DNA of 64,000 nucleotides from Eledone cirrhosa. Lineage: Eukaryota. A program made the translations under genes and the position numbers. Of this stretch, positions 1 to 19,300 are shown in pieces. The stretch lies in the NCBI GenBank assembly GCA_964016885.1, contig OZ024740.1, forward strand, positions 212,164,001 to 212,228,000. Reading direction: 5' to 3'. The notes under the pieces are model-generated. The model was given only the letters and a program-made list of their open reading frames with translations. It was not told the origin of the DNA and ran no database searches. Numbering within the stretch: the first letter of the stretch is position 1; every line of letters begins with the position of its first letter.

Positions 1-105
1 ATATATATGTATATAATATTATATATATATATGTATATAATATTATATATGTATATATATATGTATATAATATTATATATATATATATGTATATGTATAT
101 AATAT

Positions 106-136
<31 letters not shown>

Positions 137-147
137 GTATATAATAT

Positions 148-185
<38 letters not shown>

Positions 186-197
186 TGTATATAATAT

Positions 198-231
<34 letters not shown>

Positions 232-235
232 ATAT

Positions 236-267
<32 letters not shown>

Positions 268-271
268 ACAT

Positions 272-304
<33 letters not shown>

Positions 305-315
305 GTATATAATAT

Positions 316-349
<34 letters not shown>

Positions 350-397
350 TATGTATATAATATTATATATATATATGTGTATATATATATGTATATA

Positions 398-428
<31 letters not shown>

Positions 429-592
429 TGTATATAATATTATATATATATATGTATATATATATATATGTATATAATATAATATATATATATATGTATA
501 TATATATATGTATATAATATTATATATATATATGTATATATATATATATGTATATAATATTATATATATATATATATGTATATATATAATAT

Positions 593-631
<39 letters not shown>

Positions 632-698
632 GTATATAATATTATATACATATATATATATATACATATATATATATATGTATATAATATTATATATG

Positions 699-735
<37 letters not shown>

Positions 736-754
736 GTATATAATATTATATATG

Positions 755-785
<31 letters not shown>

Positions 786-965
786 GTATATAATATTATA
801 TATGTATATATATATATATATGTATATAATATTATATATGTATATATATATATATGTATATAATATTATATATGTATATAATATTATATATGTATATAAT
901 ATTATATATGTATATATATATATATATGGTATATATATATATATATGTATATAATATTATATATG

Positions 966-1001
<36 letters not shown>

Positions 1002-1135
1002 TGTATATAATATTATATATGTATATATATATATATGTATATGTATATAATATTATATATGTATATAATATTATATATGTATATATATATGTATGTATAT
1101 ATATATATATGTATATATATATATGTTTATAATAT

Positions 1136-1225
<90 letters not shown>

Positions 1226-1237
1226 ATATTATATATG

Positions 1238-1288
<51 letters not shown>

Positions 1289-1408
1289 GTATATAATATT
1301 ATATATGTATATATATATATATGTATATAATATTATATATGTATATATATATATGTATATAATATTATATATATGTATATATATATATATATATGTATAT
1401 AATATTAT

Positions 1409-1452
<44 letters not shown>

Positions 1453-1727
1453 GTATATAATATTATATATGTGTATATATATATATATGTATATAATATT
1501 ATATATGTATATATATATGTATATATATATATATGTATATAATATTATATATGTATATATATATATATATAATATTATATATGTATATATATATATATGT
1601 ATATAATATTATATATGTATATATATATATATGTATATAATATTATATATGTATATATATATATATGTATATAATATTATATATGTATATATATATATGT
1701 ATATGTATATAATATATATATATATAT
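1..1727. repeat. Interrupted (TA)n microsatellite with recurring TATGTATATAATATTA variant
   Basis: Seen directly in the sequence. Confidence 0.95.
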
Positions 1728-1849
1728 TCATTAGTTAAGCACAACAAGACCACAAATTTCACAAGGAAGACATTATTAAAAGATTGTCAACATATTTTAG
1801 TTTGATGTAAGGAATGTAGAGAATAATAATAATAATAATAATAATATCC

Positions 1850-1975
1850 GTTTACAATTGTTTCGCTACTCCATATAATATTTCTGGATCAGATGACTAT
1901 ATATCATACTTGATCTGGTTCAGTTGAAAATAATTAACATATATCAAAGACAGAGCGGCACATCGGTATTTCAAA
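1850..1975 (-). ncRNA. Degenerate type I hammerhead with long stem II insertion (PLE pseudo-LTR)
   Basis: Minus strand reads CCGATGT-GCCGCTCT...GGAGTAGC-GAAA-CAATTG-TA. Stem III is palindromic; the core is mutated. Confidence 0.5.
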
Positions 1976-2039
1976 GGAATATAAATTAAAATAATGAGAG
2001 AATGGAGGGTGTTGTATAGTGTAGTATTCTATATATAGG

Positions 2040-2342
2040 TTTTTACCTCGTCTTTATAATCATCATTCATCTTTTAAATACCAACTTAAAAGAACCAACA
2101 CGGCACTCTCAGAACTCATATAGTCCTTGAAAGACAAAAATATTAACTATAACATCTCTTGGAAGAAGGTTTGTTCTGCTTCTTTATACTTGAATAGTTC
2201 TCTATCCAAGACATGCAATCTTTGTTTATGTGAAAAATTTACCATTATATCTAATTTAGATTCTATAATAAATAGACGCACTGACTTGTTTTCTCTCTGC
2301 TTGCATAAATTCCACAGAACATTCCATAAAGTATATAGCTAA
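2040..2342 (+). mobile_element. Penelope-like element, degraded GIY-YIG C-terminal fragment
   Basis: LKDKNINYNISWK...CNLCLCEK...NRRTDLFSLCLHK resembles the C-termini of the PLE ORFs at 3945-4613 and 52657-53640. Confidence 0.75.
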
Positions 2343-3375
2343 TATCTAATACTTTATCAATTTAAAATCCTTTTCTCAAAGGCACATATATATATATACA
2401 TGTATATTTCTTTAAAAATATACCCATCTTTCTACCTTATTTCAATGTTATTTATTATACATTATATAATACTAGTTACTCATTCTATATCACTCCTATT
2501 TATCACTCCATTTTTTTCCTTTTTTCTTTTCTTTTTTCTTTTCTTTTTTCTTTTAATTTCTAACCCCTAATCTGTACCTTTTCTTCCTAGATACTTCTCA
2601 ATTATCATTGTGCCTAACGTAGAAACAATTATTACTCAGCACAATATATTCTTACTTTATATCACCTTGAAAAAATCCTTTCATAAACATAAACATTTTT
2701 TTGACGTTAGATTATTCATCCTCAATTCATTATTTTTTTCTCCCTTTCATGCTCATCTAACTTCTACATATTACACTTATTCATCCACTCTTCTACTTCT
2801 TTCACAATATATCCTTAATTACATTACTATTGCTATATTTTTATATTTTTTAATAACACATATCAATAATTTCTTTCCATCACACATATTATTAAACCCT
2901 TAAATATTATTCTTAATACATATTAACAATTTCTTTTCATCGCACATATTATTAAACCCTTAAATATACAAACCTTAATTTAACATTATTCTAAAATTTT
3001 TCTCTTCATTGATTTTCAAATTCTTTAGATTTATATATTATCTTCCAACGGTTTTTCAACCTCTCTATGTAAAACAATATATTTTTCTCAGTTATAAAAG
3101 CTATCTCTCTCTCTCTATCACCATCTCTCCTCCTATCTCATCCTTCCTCATTATACTCCTCCCCCTCCACTTTTTACTCTCATCTCCTCCACATATATAT
3201 ATATATATATATACATAAATATAAACACACACACACACATATATATGTATACATACACACATACATATACATACATAGCTATACAATTATACACATACAA
3301 ATACGTACATATCATAAACACGCACACCCAAATACAAACACACACACACACACATACATACATACATACATACAC

Positions 3376-3406
<31 letters not shown>

Positions 3407-3499
3407 TACACATATAAATGTGTGTGTGTGTAAAAACTCAGTCTTAGATAATTCATATGAACCTTACATATACATATATATAGTAGTAAAGTAATAAAG

Positions 3500-3619
3500 T
3501 AATAAGCAACATAAGGCAATTATTCCATTCACCAGTGGTTTCTTAAAACCAAAATTTTTTCCTTCAATCTTCAGAATGAAAAAAACCTGGTCTATCTACA
3601 TATACATACATATACACAC

Positions 3620-3670
<51 letters not shown>

Positions 3671-3683
3671 TATACACACATAT

Positions 3684-3754
<71 letters not shown>

Positions 3755-4860
3755 AATATACATACACATACACATAGGTATGTGAAGGGCAAGGCAAAAA
3801 GAATATATGGGGGGTGGGGGTGGGGTGGACATAGGAAAAGGTGAAATATAAGGGGAGGTAAGGGAGAAAAAAATAAATATACAAGAGTACAGAACGTAGA
3901 TTCAGCAAAAAAACCGTAGCAGAAGTAAAGAGCAGAGAAGGAGTTCAAGGCGGTTGATTTATCATAGGAGTGTCAATCCAGTTACAGATCAGATGCGATT
4001 TCAGATGAGGACAGCATCTGAAGATCTCAGTCCTTGAGTTAAGGCAAGCGGAAGTGGCTCTCAAGTTTAGCAAAATCCTATACTTTTCTGTGGTACACAA
4101 AGAACAATTCTTTGTGCCTCTTTGGTACTCCCTCGAATGGTCTAATATAGACCAATCAATAGAGTACGGGATGTTACTATCCTTGAGTTCCCACATCTTA
4201 CTTGCGAGGGCCGTTGATGTTCGTTTATCGGAGTGCTTAAAAGAAGCGACATGTGAGTAAAATATGGTTTTAAACCTGTCCTGGGTCATACCGACATATC
4301 GCTCACTCCTGGCTGGCTGGTTGTTGATTACCGGTGTTATCTTAGCCTCATAAACAACAGATTTGGTGTTACATTTACCCTGCAATGGGCATTCATCCGG
4401 CTTCCTGCAACTGCATGCTGGATTTATTCTCGTATGGTTTGAACTGGTGATTTTGGACTTCATAGATGGGCAACAAGAGTAGCTGATCTTAACTACGTTC
4501 CTATTAAATATCTTATAATATCTATGATTAGGAGGAAAATGTTTGTCTAATAGTTCAAGGAATTTCCTTCCTACATTAGTTTTGACAGTTAGAGAGAAGG
4601 GGGTGTGAACCAAATAATCTTCCTTTTCCTGTTATTGTGGTTAGTTTTAGGGGCAGGAGTAGGTAAATAAGAAATTTTTCTGTAAAACCGCTGTTCTTAA
4701 GGGCTTTATTATAATAAGGGGCGGCTTTATTAAAAATGTCTATAGACGAAGATAAGATAGAAATCCTACGGCTAATGTTAGGAATAAGATTATTAAAAAC
4801 AATAGGGGGATGGCAAGACTCTTTGTGTATATACCTAAGATTTTGATTAGGTTTATGATA
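3500..4860 (-). mobile_element. 5'-truncated Penelope-like element (RT C-terminus + GIY-YIG + 3' UTR with HHR)
   Basis: ORF 3945-4613 has KISYSC, CSC..CPLQGKC, VVY, YVGMT and CSLC-EK motifs. An HHR lies in the 3' UTR. Confidence 0.88.
3520..3585 (-). ncRNA. Type I hammerhead, family A (GUG triplet, probably inactive)
   Basis: Minus strand: TTTCATT-CTGAAGA-TTGAAGG..GGTTTTAA-GAAA-CCACTGG-TG-AATGGAA. Confidence 0.65.
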
Positions 4861-4869
4861 GGGTTTAAA

Positions 4870-5415
4870 AGAGGCGGTTGTGCGTGTTTATGATATGTAC
4901 GTATTTGTATGTGTATAATTGTATAGCTATGTATGTATATGTATGTGTGTATGTATACATATATGTGTGTGTGTGTTTATATTTATGTATATATATATAT
5001 ATATGTGTGTGTATAATTACATATACATATGTGTGTGTATAATTGTATACGTGTGCGTGTTTGTGCATGTATGTGTATGTATGTGTTTATGTATTTGTAT
5101 ATGTATATTTATGTGCGAGAGAGTGTGTATGTATTTACTATTTCGTACGTATGTATACGTGCATTTGTGTGTATTACTTACCACGCGTGTCTGTCCAGTT
5201 AGCTGCGTTCTGTATCGCTGTCAAAATTTTTTTTATATATATATATATTTTTTCTTATATTTATTTGCGTGTGTGAATATGTAGAGGAGTGCATTTATGT
5301 ATGTGTATGTATGTATGTACGTGTGTATATATGTATGATTGTGTGCATGTATGTATGTATGTTTATGTATGTGTATGGCTGTATGTGTATGCTTGTACAC
5401 ACATATATATATATA

Positions 5416-5476
<61 letters not shown>

Positions 5477-6070
5477 GTGTGTATGTATATGTATTTATAT
5501 TTATGTTTCTATGTGTATGTATGTGTGTATATATGTGTGTGTGGTTGTATATATGTATTTGTATGTATGGATGTGTTGATATTTATGTGCGTATGTATAT
5601 ATGTGTTTGTGTGTATTTATATACACATATATGTGTGTATATATGTGTGCGTGCGTGTATGTATGAGTGTATGTATGAGTGTATGTATGTGTGTATATAT
5701 ATGTGTATGTATATGTATATATATATGTATATATATGTATATATCTCTATATATATATATGTGTGTGTGTATGTATGCTTTTGTGTTTTTGTGTGTGTGT
5801 TTGCATGTGCAGTTTTATTTTATTTTTCCTTTCCTTCTTCCTTCTCCAGCCTCACTTTCATATAGATTGCATTTTTGTTTTTTAAAATCCAAATTCAATA
5901 AACAGACCAGGATGTTTTCATTCTGAGGATTGAAAGCAAAATCTTTTGCTTTTAAGAAACCACTGGTAAATGGAATAATTGGCTTATGTTGTTTATTACA
6001 TAACTATTAAGCTCTGTTACTTACATAGAGCACTCTTTTTTCCTGGACTTTTCCGACGGAATTACTTCAT
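4870..6070 (+). mobile_element. Inverted PLE pseudo-LTR segment (CA/TA-rich) ending in an HHR
   Basis: 4879-4990 is the reverse complement of about 3211-3326. 5900-6005 is the reverse-complement homolog of 3495-3592. Confidence 0.7.
5913..5980 (+). ncRNA. Type I hammerhead ribozyme, family A
   Basis: TTTCATT-CTGAGGA-TTGAAAGCAAAA-TC-TTTTGCTTTTAA-GAAA-CCACTGG-TA^AATGGAA. All three stems pair; predicted cleavage after 5968. Confidence 0.85.
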
Positions 6071-6125
6071 TTATATATATATATGTATATATATATATAT
6101 GTATATATATATGTATATATATATG

Positions 6126-6160
<35 letters not shown>

Positions 6161-6185
6161 GTATATATTTGTCTGTATATATATG

Positions 6186-6236
<51 letters not shown>

Positions 6237-6271
6237 GTATATATTTGTATATATATATGTATATATATATG

Positions 6272-6316
<45 letters not shown>

Positions 6317-6377
6317 GTATATATATATATATTTATATATATATATGTATATATATATATATTTATATATATATATG

Positions 6378-6426
<49 letters not shown>

Positions 6427-6451
6427 GTATATATGTATATATATATATATG

Positions 6452-6496
<45 letters not shown>

Positions 6497-6497
6497 G

Positions 6498-6546
<49 letters not shown>

Positions 6547-6629
6547 ATATATATATATATGTATGTATATATATATATATATATGTATATATATGTATAT
6601 ATATATATGTATATATATATATGTATATG

Positions 6630-6692
<63 letters not shown>

Positions 6693-6777
6693 GTATATAT
6701 ATATATGTATATATATATATATGTATATATATATGTATATATATATATGTATATATATATATATGTATATATATATG

Positions 6778-6808
<31 letters not shown>

Positions 6809-7105
6809 GTATATATATATATGTATATATATATATGTATATATATATATGTATATATATATATTTGTATATATATATATATGTATATATATATATGTAT
6901 ATACATATATGTATATATATATATATGTATATATATATATGTATATATATATATGTATATATATATATATGTATATATATGTATATGTATATATGTATAT
7001 GTATATATGTATATATGTATATACATATGTATGTATATATATATGTATATACATATGTATATATATATATATGTATATACATATGTATATATATATATGT
7101 ATATA

Positions 7106-7152
<47 letters not shown>

Positions 7153-7209
7153 GTATATATATATATATGTATATATATGTATATATATATATGTATATAT
7201 ATATATATG

Positions 7210-7260
<51 letters not shown>

Positions 7261-7291
7261 GTATATATATATATATGTTTATATATATATG

Positions 7292-7324
<33 letters not shown>

Positions 7325-7587
7325 GTATATATATATATGTATATATATATATGTATGTATATATGTATATATATATGTATATATATATATATGTATATAT
7401 ATATATGTATATATATATATGTATATATATATGTATATATATATATATATATGTATATATATGTATATATATATATGTATATGTATATATGTATATATAT
7501 ATATGTATATGTATATATGTATATATATATATGTATATGTATATATGTATATACATATGTATATATATATATATGTATATACATATG

Positions 7588-7650
<63 letters not shown>

Positions 7651-7671
7651 GTATATATGTATATATATATG

Positions 7672-7710
<39 letters not shown>

Positions 7711-7771
7711 GTATATATGTATATATATGTATATGTATATATATATATGTATATATATATGTATATATATG

Positions 7772-7804
<33 letters not shown>

Positions 7805-7805
7805 G

Positions 7806-7854
<49 letters not shown>

Positions 7855-7855
7855 G

Positions 7856-7900
<45 letters not shown>

Positions 7901-7901
7901 G

Positions 7902-7947
<46 letters not shown>

Positions 7948-8021
7948 TATATGTATATATATATGTATATATATATGTATATATGTATATATATATGTAT
8001 ATATATATGTATATATATATG

Positions 8022-8066
<45 letters not shown>

Positions 8067-8079
8067 TTATATATATATG

Positions 8080-8145
<66 letters not shown>

Positions 8146-8439
8146 TATGTATATGTATATATGTATATATGTATATATGTATATATGTACATATATATAT
8201 ATGTATATGTATATATGTATATATGTATATATGTATATATGTACATATATGTATATGTATATATATATATATATGTATATATGTATATATGTATATATGT
8301 ATATATATATATATGTATATATATATGTATGTATATATGTATATATGTACATATATGTATATGTATATATATATATATGTATATATGTATATATGTTTAT
8401 ATGTATATATATATGTATATATGTATATATGTTTATATG

Positions 8440-8474
<35 letters not shown>

Positions 8475-8483
8475 CTATATATG

Positions 8484-8514
<31 letters not shown>

Positions 8515-8523
8515 CTATATATG

Positions 8524-8574
<51 letters not shown>

Positions 8575-8621
8575 GTATATATGTATATATATATATATGT
8601 ATATATATATATGTATATATG

Positions 8622-8652
<31 letters not shown>

Positions 8653-8691
8653 GTATATATGTATATATATATATATGTATATATATATATG

Positions 8692-8738
<47 letters not shown>

Positions 8739-9175
8739 GTATATATGTATATATATATATATGTATATATGTATATATATGTATATGTATATATGTATAT
8801 ATATGTATATATGTATGTATATATGTATATATATGTATATATGTATATATGTGTATATATGTATATATATGTATATGTATATATGTATATATATGTATAT
8901 ATGTATATATATATATGTATATATGTGTATATATGTATATATATATGTATATATGTATATATATATGTATATATGTATATATATATGTATATATGTATAT
9001 ATGTATATATATGTATATATGTATATATATATGTATATATGTATATATATATGTATATATGTATATATGTATATATATATGTATATATGTATATATATAT
9101 GTATATATGTATATATATATGTATATATATATGTATATATATATGTATATATGTATATATGTATATATGTATATA

Positions 9176-9228
<53 letters not shown>

Positions 9229-9237
9229 GTACATATG

Positions 9238-9270
<33 letters not shown>

Positions 9271-9292
9271 GTATATATGTATATATATATAT
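6071..9292. repeat. 3.2-kb (TA)nTG microsatellite tract
   Basis: Seen directly in the sequence. Confidence 0.95.
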
Positions 9293-9606
9293 TTCGTTTC
9301 TGAATTTGTTTAGCAAGATTCTTTATCTGAAAACGTGTGTTGAAACCGATATTGTTATACTTTGGGAGGGTCATGTTGCCAATAAGAAACACATGCACCT
9401 GTTGCTTTCACTTCAATTTATTATAATAAATTTATAAATTTCCGGTTGGTTGGTTGGTTCCACAACCAGATGTTTGTTTATATATTGTCAAAGTTCTTTC
9501 GTCACACATTCTGTGACCTCTTCAGTGACTGGGGATTCTTTTCGTTGGTTTTCTGCCTCTCCTTGGTTCTGTCCTACGACATCTTGGAAACAAGATGGCG
9601 TAGGAC
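9293..9606 (-). mobile_element. Short PLE pseudo-LTR insertion with HHR and terminal fold-back
   Basis: Homologous to 37510-37760 in reverse and near-identical to 21471-21786. Confidence 0.75.
9485..9535 (-). ncRNA. Minimal type I hammerhead, family B
   Basis: Minus strand: GTCA-CTGAAGA-G-GTCACA-GAATG-TGTGAC-GAAA-GAAC-TT^TGAC. Confidence 0.78.
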
Positions 9607-9779
9607 ATATACATATGTATATATGTATATACATATGTATATACATATGTATATATGTATACATATATGTATGTATATATGTATACATATATGTATATAT
9701 ATATGTATATATGTATAGTATATATGTATCTATATGTATATATATGTATAGTATATATATAACTATATGTATATATATG

Positions 9780-9810
<31 letters not shown>

Positions 9811-10007
9811 GTATATATATATATGTATATATATGTGTATATATATATGTATATATATGTGTATATATATATGTATATATATGGATATATGTATATATAT
9901 ATGTGTATATATATATATATGTATATAATATTATATATATGTATATATATATGTGTATATATATATATATGTATATAATATTATATATATATATATATAT
10001 ATATAAT

Positions 10008-10057
<50 letters not shown>

Positions 10058-10061
<4 letters not shown>

Positions 10062-10500
10062 ATATTAACAAATGGAAAGTATATTTATAAAACCATATTC
10101 ATTTCATTATACATATTTCAAGGATACCAAGTTAAATTATGGTATGCCTTCATCAGACAAAATACAATATATACCAGTTTTATAAATAAACATTGGCGTA
10201 CCCTTTTCAAAATGCGACCGTTACTTTTGGAAGACATCAGGATAGTGGTTTGTTTATTTTAGTAAGTTGGAGTGTTAAGGATAAGTAAAAAGACGGAGAG
10301 AGATAGAGAAACGTGGAGAAAAGAAAGGGAGAGATGAAGAAAAAGAGGAAGGAAAAAAGAAAAAAGAAAACAGAGGAAAACAACAGAGAGATATCAAGCC
10401 ACCAGACAGAGAGAGCAAATTCAAGAGAGAGAAATATAAAGATAGAGAGAGGGGGAGAGAACGAAAACCTTAAGTTGTGCCAGATTAAGTTGAGTTAACA
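10058..10500 (-). mobile_element. PLE pseudo-LTR fragment with HHR (family C)
   Basis: The 3' end is homologous to 33820-33925. Confidence 0.55.
10100..10170 (-). ncRNA. Type I hammerhead, family C (partly decayed)
   Basis: Minus strand: CTGATGA-AGGCATACCA-TAATTTAACT-TGGTATCCTT-GAAA-TATG-TA. Confidence 0.62.
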
Positions 10501-10523
10501 ATGTATATATATATATATGTATA

Positions 10524-10623
<100 letters not shown>

Positions 10624-10635
10624 ATATTATATATG

Positions 10636-10689
<54 letters not shown>

Positions 10690-10716
10690 ATATTATATAT
10701 GTATATATATATATAT

Positions 10717-10868
<152 letters not shown>

Positions 10869-11004
10869 CTTAGGTTAATAGGAGTTAGGTATTGTATACC
10901 CGTGTCCCATTAAGGTATTGGCAGCATAATAATTAGCTCTATGCTTTGGAGCAGAGCCGTATATATGTTAAAGAACACGAGAGCGTCTACAACATCAAAA
11001 GATT

Positions 11005-11060
11005 TTTATTGGCTTACAATGTTTCTTCCTTACTTAACCGTAGGATTCGTCAGAGCTATA
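11005..11060 (-). ncRNA. Minimal type I hammerhead, family D
   Basis: Minus strand: GCT-CTGACGA-ATCCTACGGTTAAGTAAGGAA-GAAA-CATTG-TA^AGC. Confidence 0.78.
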
Positions 11061-11409
11061 AAAGGGGTTTGATTGGTGTTATGGACTCTACCAACCAAAC
11101 ATTCAAGAACAAAGATAAAGATAGTAAAGAGCAAAAGCAGGGGACGATAAGTAGTCGTGGATGGGGCTGCGATGTTCTTCAGTGATATAGGTAGGTAGTC
11201 TTTAGTTAGCATGATGTCAATCAATTATAATCATACACACAAGGTGGACAGGTTATAAGGATTTAGCTCAACCGGGGGGGGGGGGGGGCGTAGAAATACT
11301 TAGGTTAATAGGAGTTGGGTATTGTATACCCGTGTCCCATTAAGGTATTGGCAGCATAATAATTAGTTCTTTTGGTTGGTAGAGTCCATAACACCAATCA
11401 AACCCCTTT

Positions 11410-11462
11410 TATAGCTCTGACGAATCCTACGGTTACGTACGGAAGAAACATAGTAAGCCAAT
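11410..11462 (+). ncRNA. Minimal type I hammerhead, family D
   Basis: GCT-CTGACGA-ATCCTACGGTTACGTACGGAA-GAAA-CATAG-TA^AGC; predicted cleavage after 11455. Confidence 0.78.
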
Positions 11463-11832
11463 AAAAATCTTTTGATGTTGTAGACGCTCTTGTGTTCTTT
11501 ACCATATATACGGCTCTGCTCCAAAGCATAGAGCGAATTATTATGCGGCCAATACCTTAATGGGACACGGGTATACAATATCTAACTCCTATTAACCTAA
11601 GTATTTCTACGGCCCCCCGGTTGAGCTAAATCCTTATAACCTGTCCACCTTGTGTGTATGATTATAATTGATTGGCAGCATGCTAACTAAAGACTACCTA
11701 CCTATATCACTGAAGAACATCCCAGCCCCATCCACGACTACTTATCGTCCCCTGCTTTTGCTCTTTACTATCTTTATCTTTGTTCTTGAATGTTTGGTTG
11801 GTAGAGTCTATAAAACCAATCAAACCCCTTTT

Positions 11833-11885
11833 GTTGCTCTGACGAATCCTACGGTTAAGTAAGGAAGAAACATTGTAAGCCAATA
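11833..11885 (+). ncRNA. Minimal type I hammerhead, family D
   Basis: GCT-CTGACGA...GAAA-CATTG-TA^AGC; predicted cleavage after 11877. Confidence 0.78.
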
Positions 11886-11925
11886 AAAATCTTTTGATGT
11901 TGTAGACGCTCTTGTGTTCTTTAAC

Positions 11926-15914
<3,989 letters not shown>

Positions 15915-16324
15915 TACGTATAAGTGTCAATAAGTAATTTTTTTTTTTTTTTTTTTTTTTTTTGCGCGGGGACATAGAAATAATCGGGCTGGATGCCCGA
16001 TCGCGCAGTTAAACCACTGGGAGTGAAGAACCCCTAGCCCATGTCAGGGTATTCTTCTAGGAGAAGGCATCTCAGGAAACTGGGTTAACTCCGATATAAA
16101 ACCTGCGGCTCAGTAGTTACCGATGATGTTGATCTTTTCTTCTTTTCGGGTTATAGCTACTGTCGCTCAGAGAGTGGGATTGGTTCAGTGCACAGTCTTT
16201 CCTCACTTTAAAAATATTCGTCACGCACAGGCATTGCACGAGTGCATTAATAATTATTAATAGTGTAGTATTATTATTATTATTATTATTATTACTATTA
16301 TTATTACTTTTTTTTTTTTTTTCT

Positions 16325-16364
<40 letters not shown>

Positions 16365-19300
16365 CCAATTCAATGATGTTCCAGAACAATGTAAACGAGA
16401 TAATTGCCAATTTGGGTTCTGGAACAAAAAAGATCATTGGCAATAAGGGCAGGGGCCCCAAGTTATCACAACCTGGGCCCGCCCGTCATCGTGCCATTGT
16501 AATAGAGCCAAACAGGGCATTTAGTCTTGGCTGCTGGAACGTACGGACGCTGCTTGACAGGGATTCTTTGGAGCGTCCTGAACGAAGGACCGCTCTTGTT
16601 GCGAAGGAGCTTCGACGTTACGATCTTGACATCGTGGCTTTGTCTGAGACGAGGTTAGCTGGTGATGGTCATCTTACGGAATTTTGTGGAGAATATACAT
16701 TCTTCTGGAAAGGAAGAGATGAAGGAACCAGAAGAGAGGCTGGGGTAGGATTTGCTGTTAAGACTGTACTGGTGAATAAATTGGAAGAATTCCCAGTGGG
16801 GATTAGTGAGCGTCTTATGTCCATGAGAGTTCCGCTGGACAAGGGAAGATATGCTACCCTGGTGAGTGTGTATGCTCCAACTATGAATTCTGTCGATGAA
16901 GAAAAACTGTCCTTTTACCATGCCTTGAAAGGTGTTTTAAGAAATATCCCTCAGGCAGACAAAGTCATCGTGCTTGGTGACTTTAATGCTAGAGTGGGTA
17001 GGGATTTTAACACATGGAATGTAATCGGAAGGCATGGGGTGGGAAAGTGTAACAGCAATGGTATGCTCTTGCTGCAGATGTGTGAGGAGCTGGATCTGTG
17101 TGTTACCAACACCATGTTCCAACAAAAGAACAAATTCAAGACCACATGGATGCATCCTGCATCTAAGGAATGGCATCTTTTGGACTACGTCCTAGTCAGG
17201 ATGCGTGACAGACAGGATGTGCGGTGTGTTCGTGTTCTTCGTGGAGCTGAGTGCTGGACGGACCACCGCCTGGTACGCGCAAAAGTGAATCTAATCACCA
17301 AACGTAAAATCCGGGCTCCTGGTGTTACCCTGCCCAAAAGATTGAATGCTGCTCGTCTTAAGGATAAAAATGTGAAGAGGACATTGGAAGAAGAGATGCA
17401 GGCTGCAGATCTTGGTGAGGATTGGCCGACCCTTAAAAAGTCGGTTTATGATGTAGGCAGACGTGTTCTGGGATTGGTGCAGAGAAAACATCAGGACTGG
17501 TTTGATGAGAAAGATGTGCATATAGATGACTTGTTGGCTGATAAGAGGCGCGCTCTGTCACGCTACTTGACGGCAAGACCACAGGAGAGGAATACGTTGC
17601 ATGAGGAGCTCAGGGATGTAAAATCACGTGTTAGGCGGAGTCTTTCTCAGATGAAGGATCAGTGGTGGAGTGAGAAGGCTGGTGAGATACAAACTGCGTC
17701 TGATTGCAATAACACAAAGCTGTTGTACAGTCTCTTGCGTGAGGTTTATGGACCGTCTTCTTCTCTGGTGACACCGATTCGCAGCAGGGATGGCAAAGAA
17801 CTTCTTCGTGACTCACAGGGAATTCTACGAAGGTGGCGGGAGCACTTTGATGATCTTTTGAATCAGCCGTCTGTCGTCAGTGAAGATTTCCTCAATCTCA
17901 TTCCGGAAAGTCCTGTGAAAGTAGCTCTCGCAGAGCCTCCGACACTTGTGGAGGTTGCAGTGGCTATTTCGAAGCTGAACAGTGGAAGATCTCCAGGTAT
18001 GGATGGCATACATGCTGAGCTCCTACAATATGGTGGTGAGAGACTCCTGCAACATCTTCACTCTCTGTTTGGAGGGATATGGGCTAATGAATCCGTGCCT
18101 GAGGACTGGAGAGATGCAGTAATGGTGGTCTTGTACAAGGGAAAGGGTAACAGGAATGATTGTGGGAACTACAGAGGTATATCATTGCTTTCTGTCGTGG
18201 GGAAAGTTTTATGTAGGGTGCTTCTGGACCGTCTGCTGACACACATTGCAGATTGTGTCCTTCCTGAAAGTCAATCTGGTTTTCGTGTTGGACGCGGCAC
18301 TACTGATATGATCTTCTCAGCTAGACAGCTCCAGGAGAAGTGCATTGAACAGGGCTTGGATCTGTATCAGGTTTTTGTCGATCTGACAAAGGCTTTCGAT
18401 ACTGTCAACAGAGATGCATTATGGAAGGTTCTCCAGAAACTTGGTTGCCCTGATAAGTTCCTTGCTTTAGTTAGGTCTTTCCATGACGACATGAAGGCTT
18501 GGGTTAATGTCGGAGGTAACATGTCGGAGCCTATCTCAGTAAAAAATGGAGTGAAACAGGGGGATATTCCAGCACCGACCCTGTTTGCCATATACTTTGC
18601 AATGGTTTTCTGTATTGCATTCAGGAATTGCGAGCATGGTGTTTACATCCGATATCGAACCTCAGGCAGCATATTTAACATCAGGCGCTTTGCTGCGAAG
18701 ACAAGGGTATTTACATCAGTCATAAGAGACCTCTTGTATGCAGATGATTGCGATCTTGTAGCGCACACAGAGAGTGATATGCAGCACATTTTGAATGTAT
18801 TTTCTGACGCTTGCACTGCCCTGGGTTTGACTGTCAGTCTCAAGAAAACCGTCGTCATGTACCAACCTGCACCTGGTAGGCAGTACACTGAACCAAACAT
18901 CTATGTGTATGGCAAACGACTTGGAGTGGTTGATCAGTTTGTCTACCTGGGAAGCACTGTCAATCGATACGGCAACCTTGGACAGTGAAATCTCACTTAG
19001 GATTAGGAAAGCAAGTGATGCTTTCGGAAAGCTAGAAAGGCGACTCTGGGGTCGGCGAGACATATGCAGGAGGACAAAGGTAAAGGTGTACAGGGCATGT
19101 GTACTCTCTTGTCTTCTTTATGCCTGCGAGACCTGGGTCACATATCGACGCCACCTTAAGCAATTGGAGCGTTTCCATCAGATGTGTCTCAGACGGATAC
19201 ATGGCGTTCACTGGAGGGACCACATCAGTGATGTCGAGATTTTGGAAAGCTCTATGTGTGACAGTATAGAAGCTCTTGTGCTTAGGCAGCGACTCCGTTG

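Noticed and set aside
5979-9313. ORFs over 1000 aa rich in Y/I/C/V/M, and all similar ORFs elsewhere
   Set aside because: Translations of stop-free (TA)n/(TG)n microsatellite in several frames.
15964-16115. HDV-like ribozyme in the RTE leader
   Set aside because: Could not assign the nested double pseudoknot by eye; kept only as a structured element.
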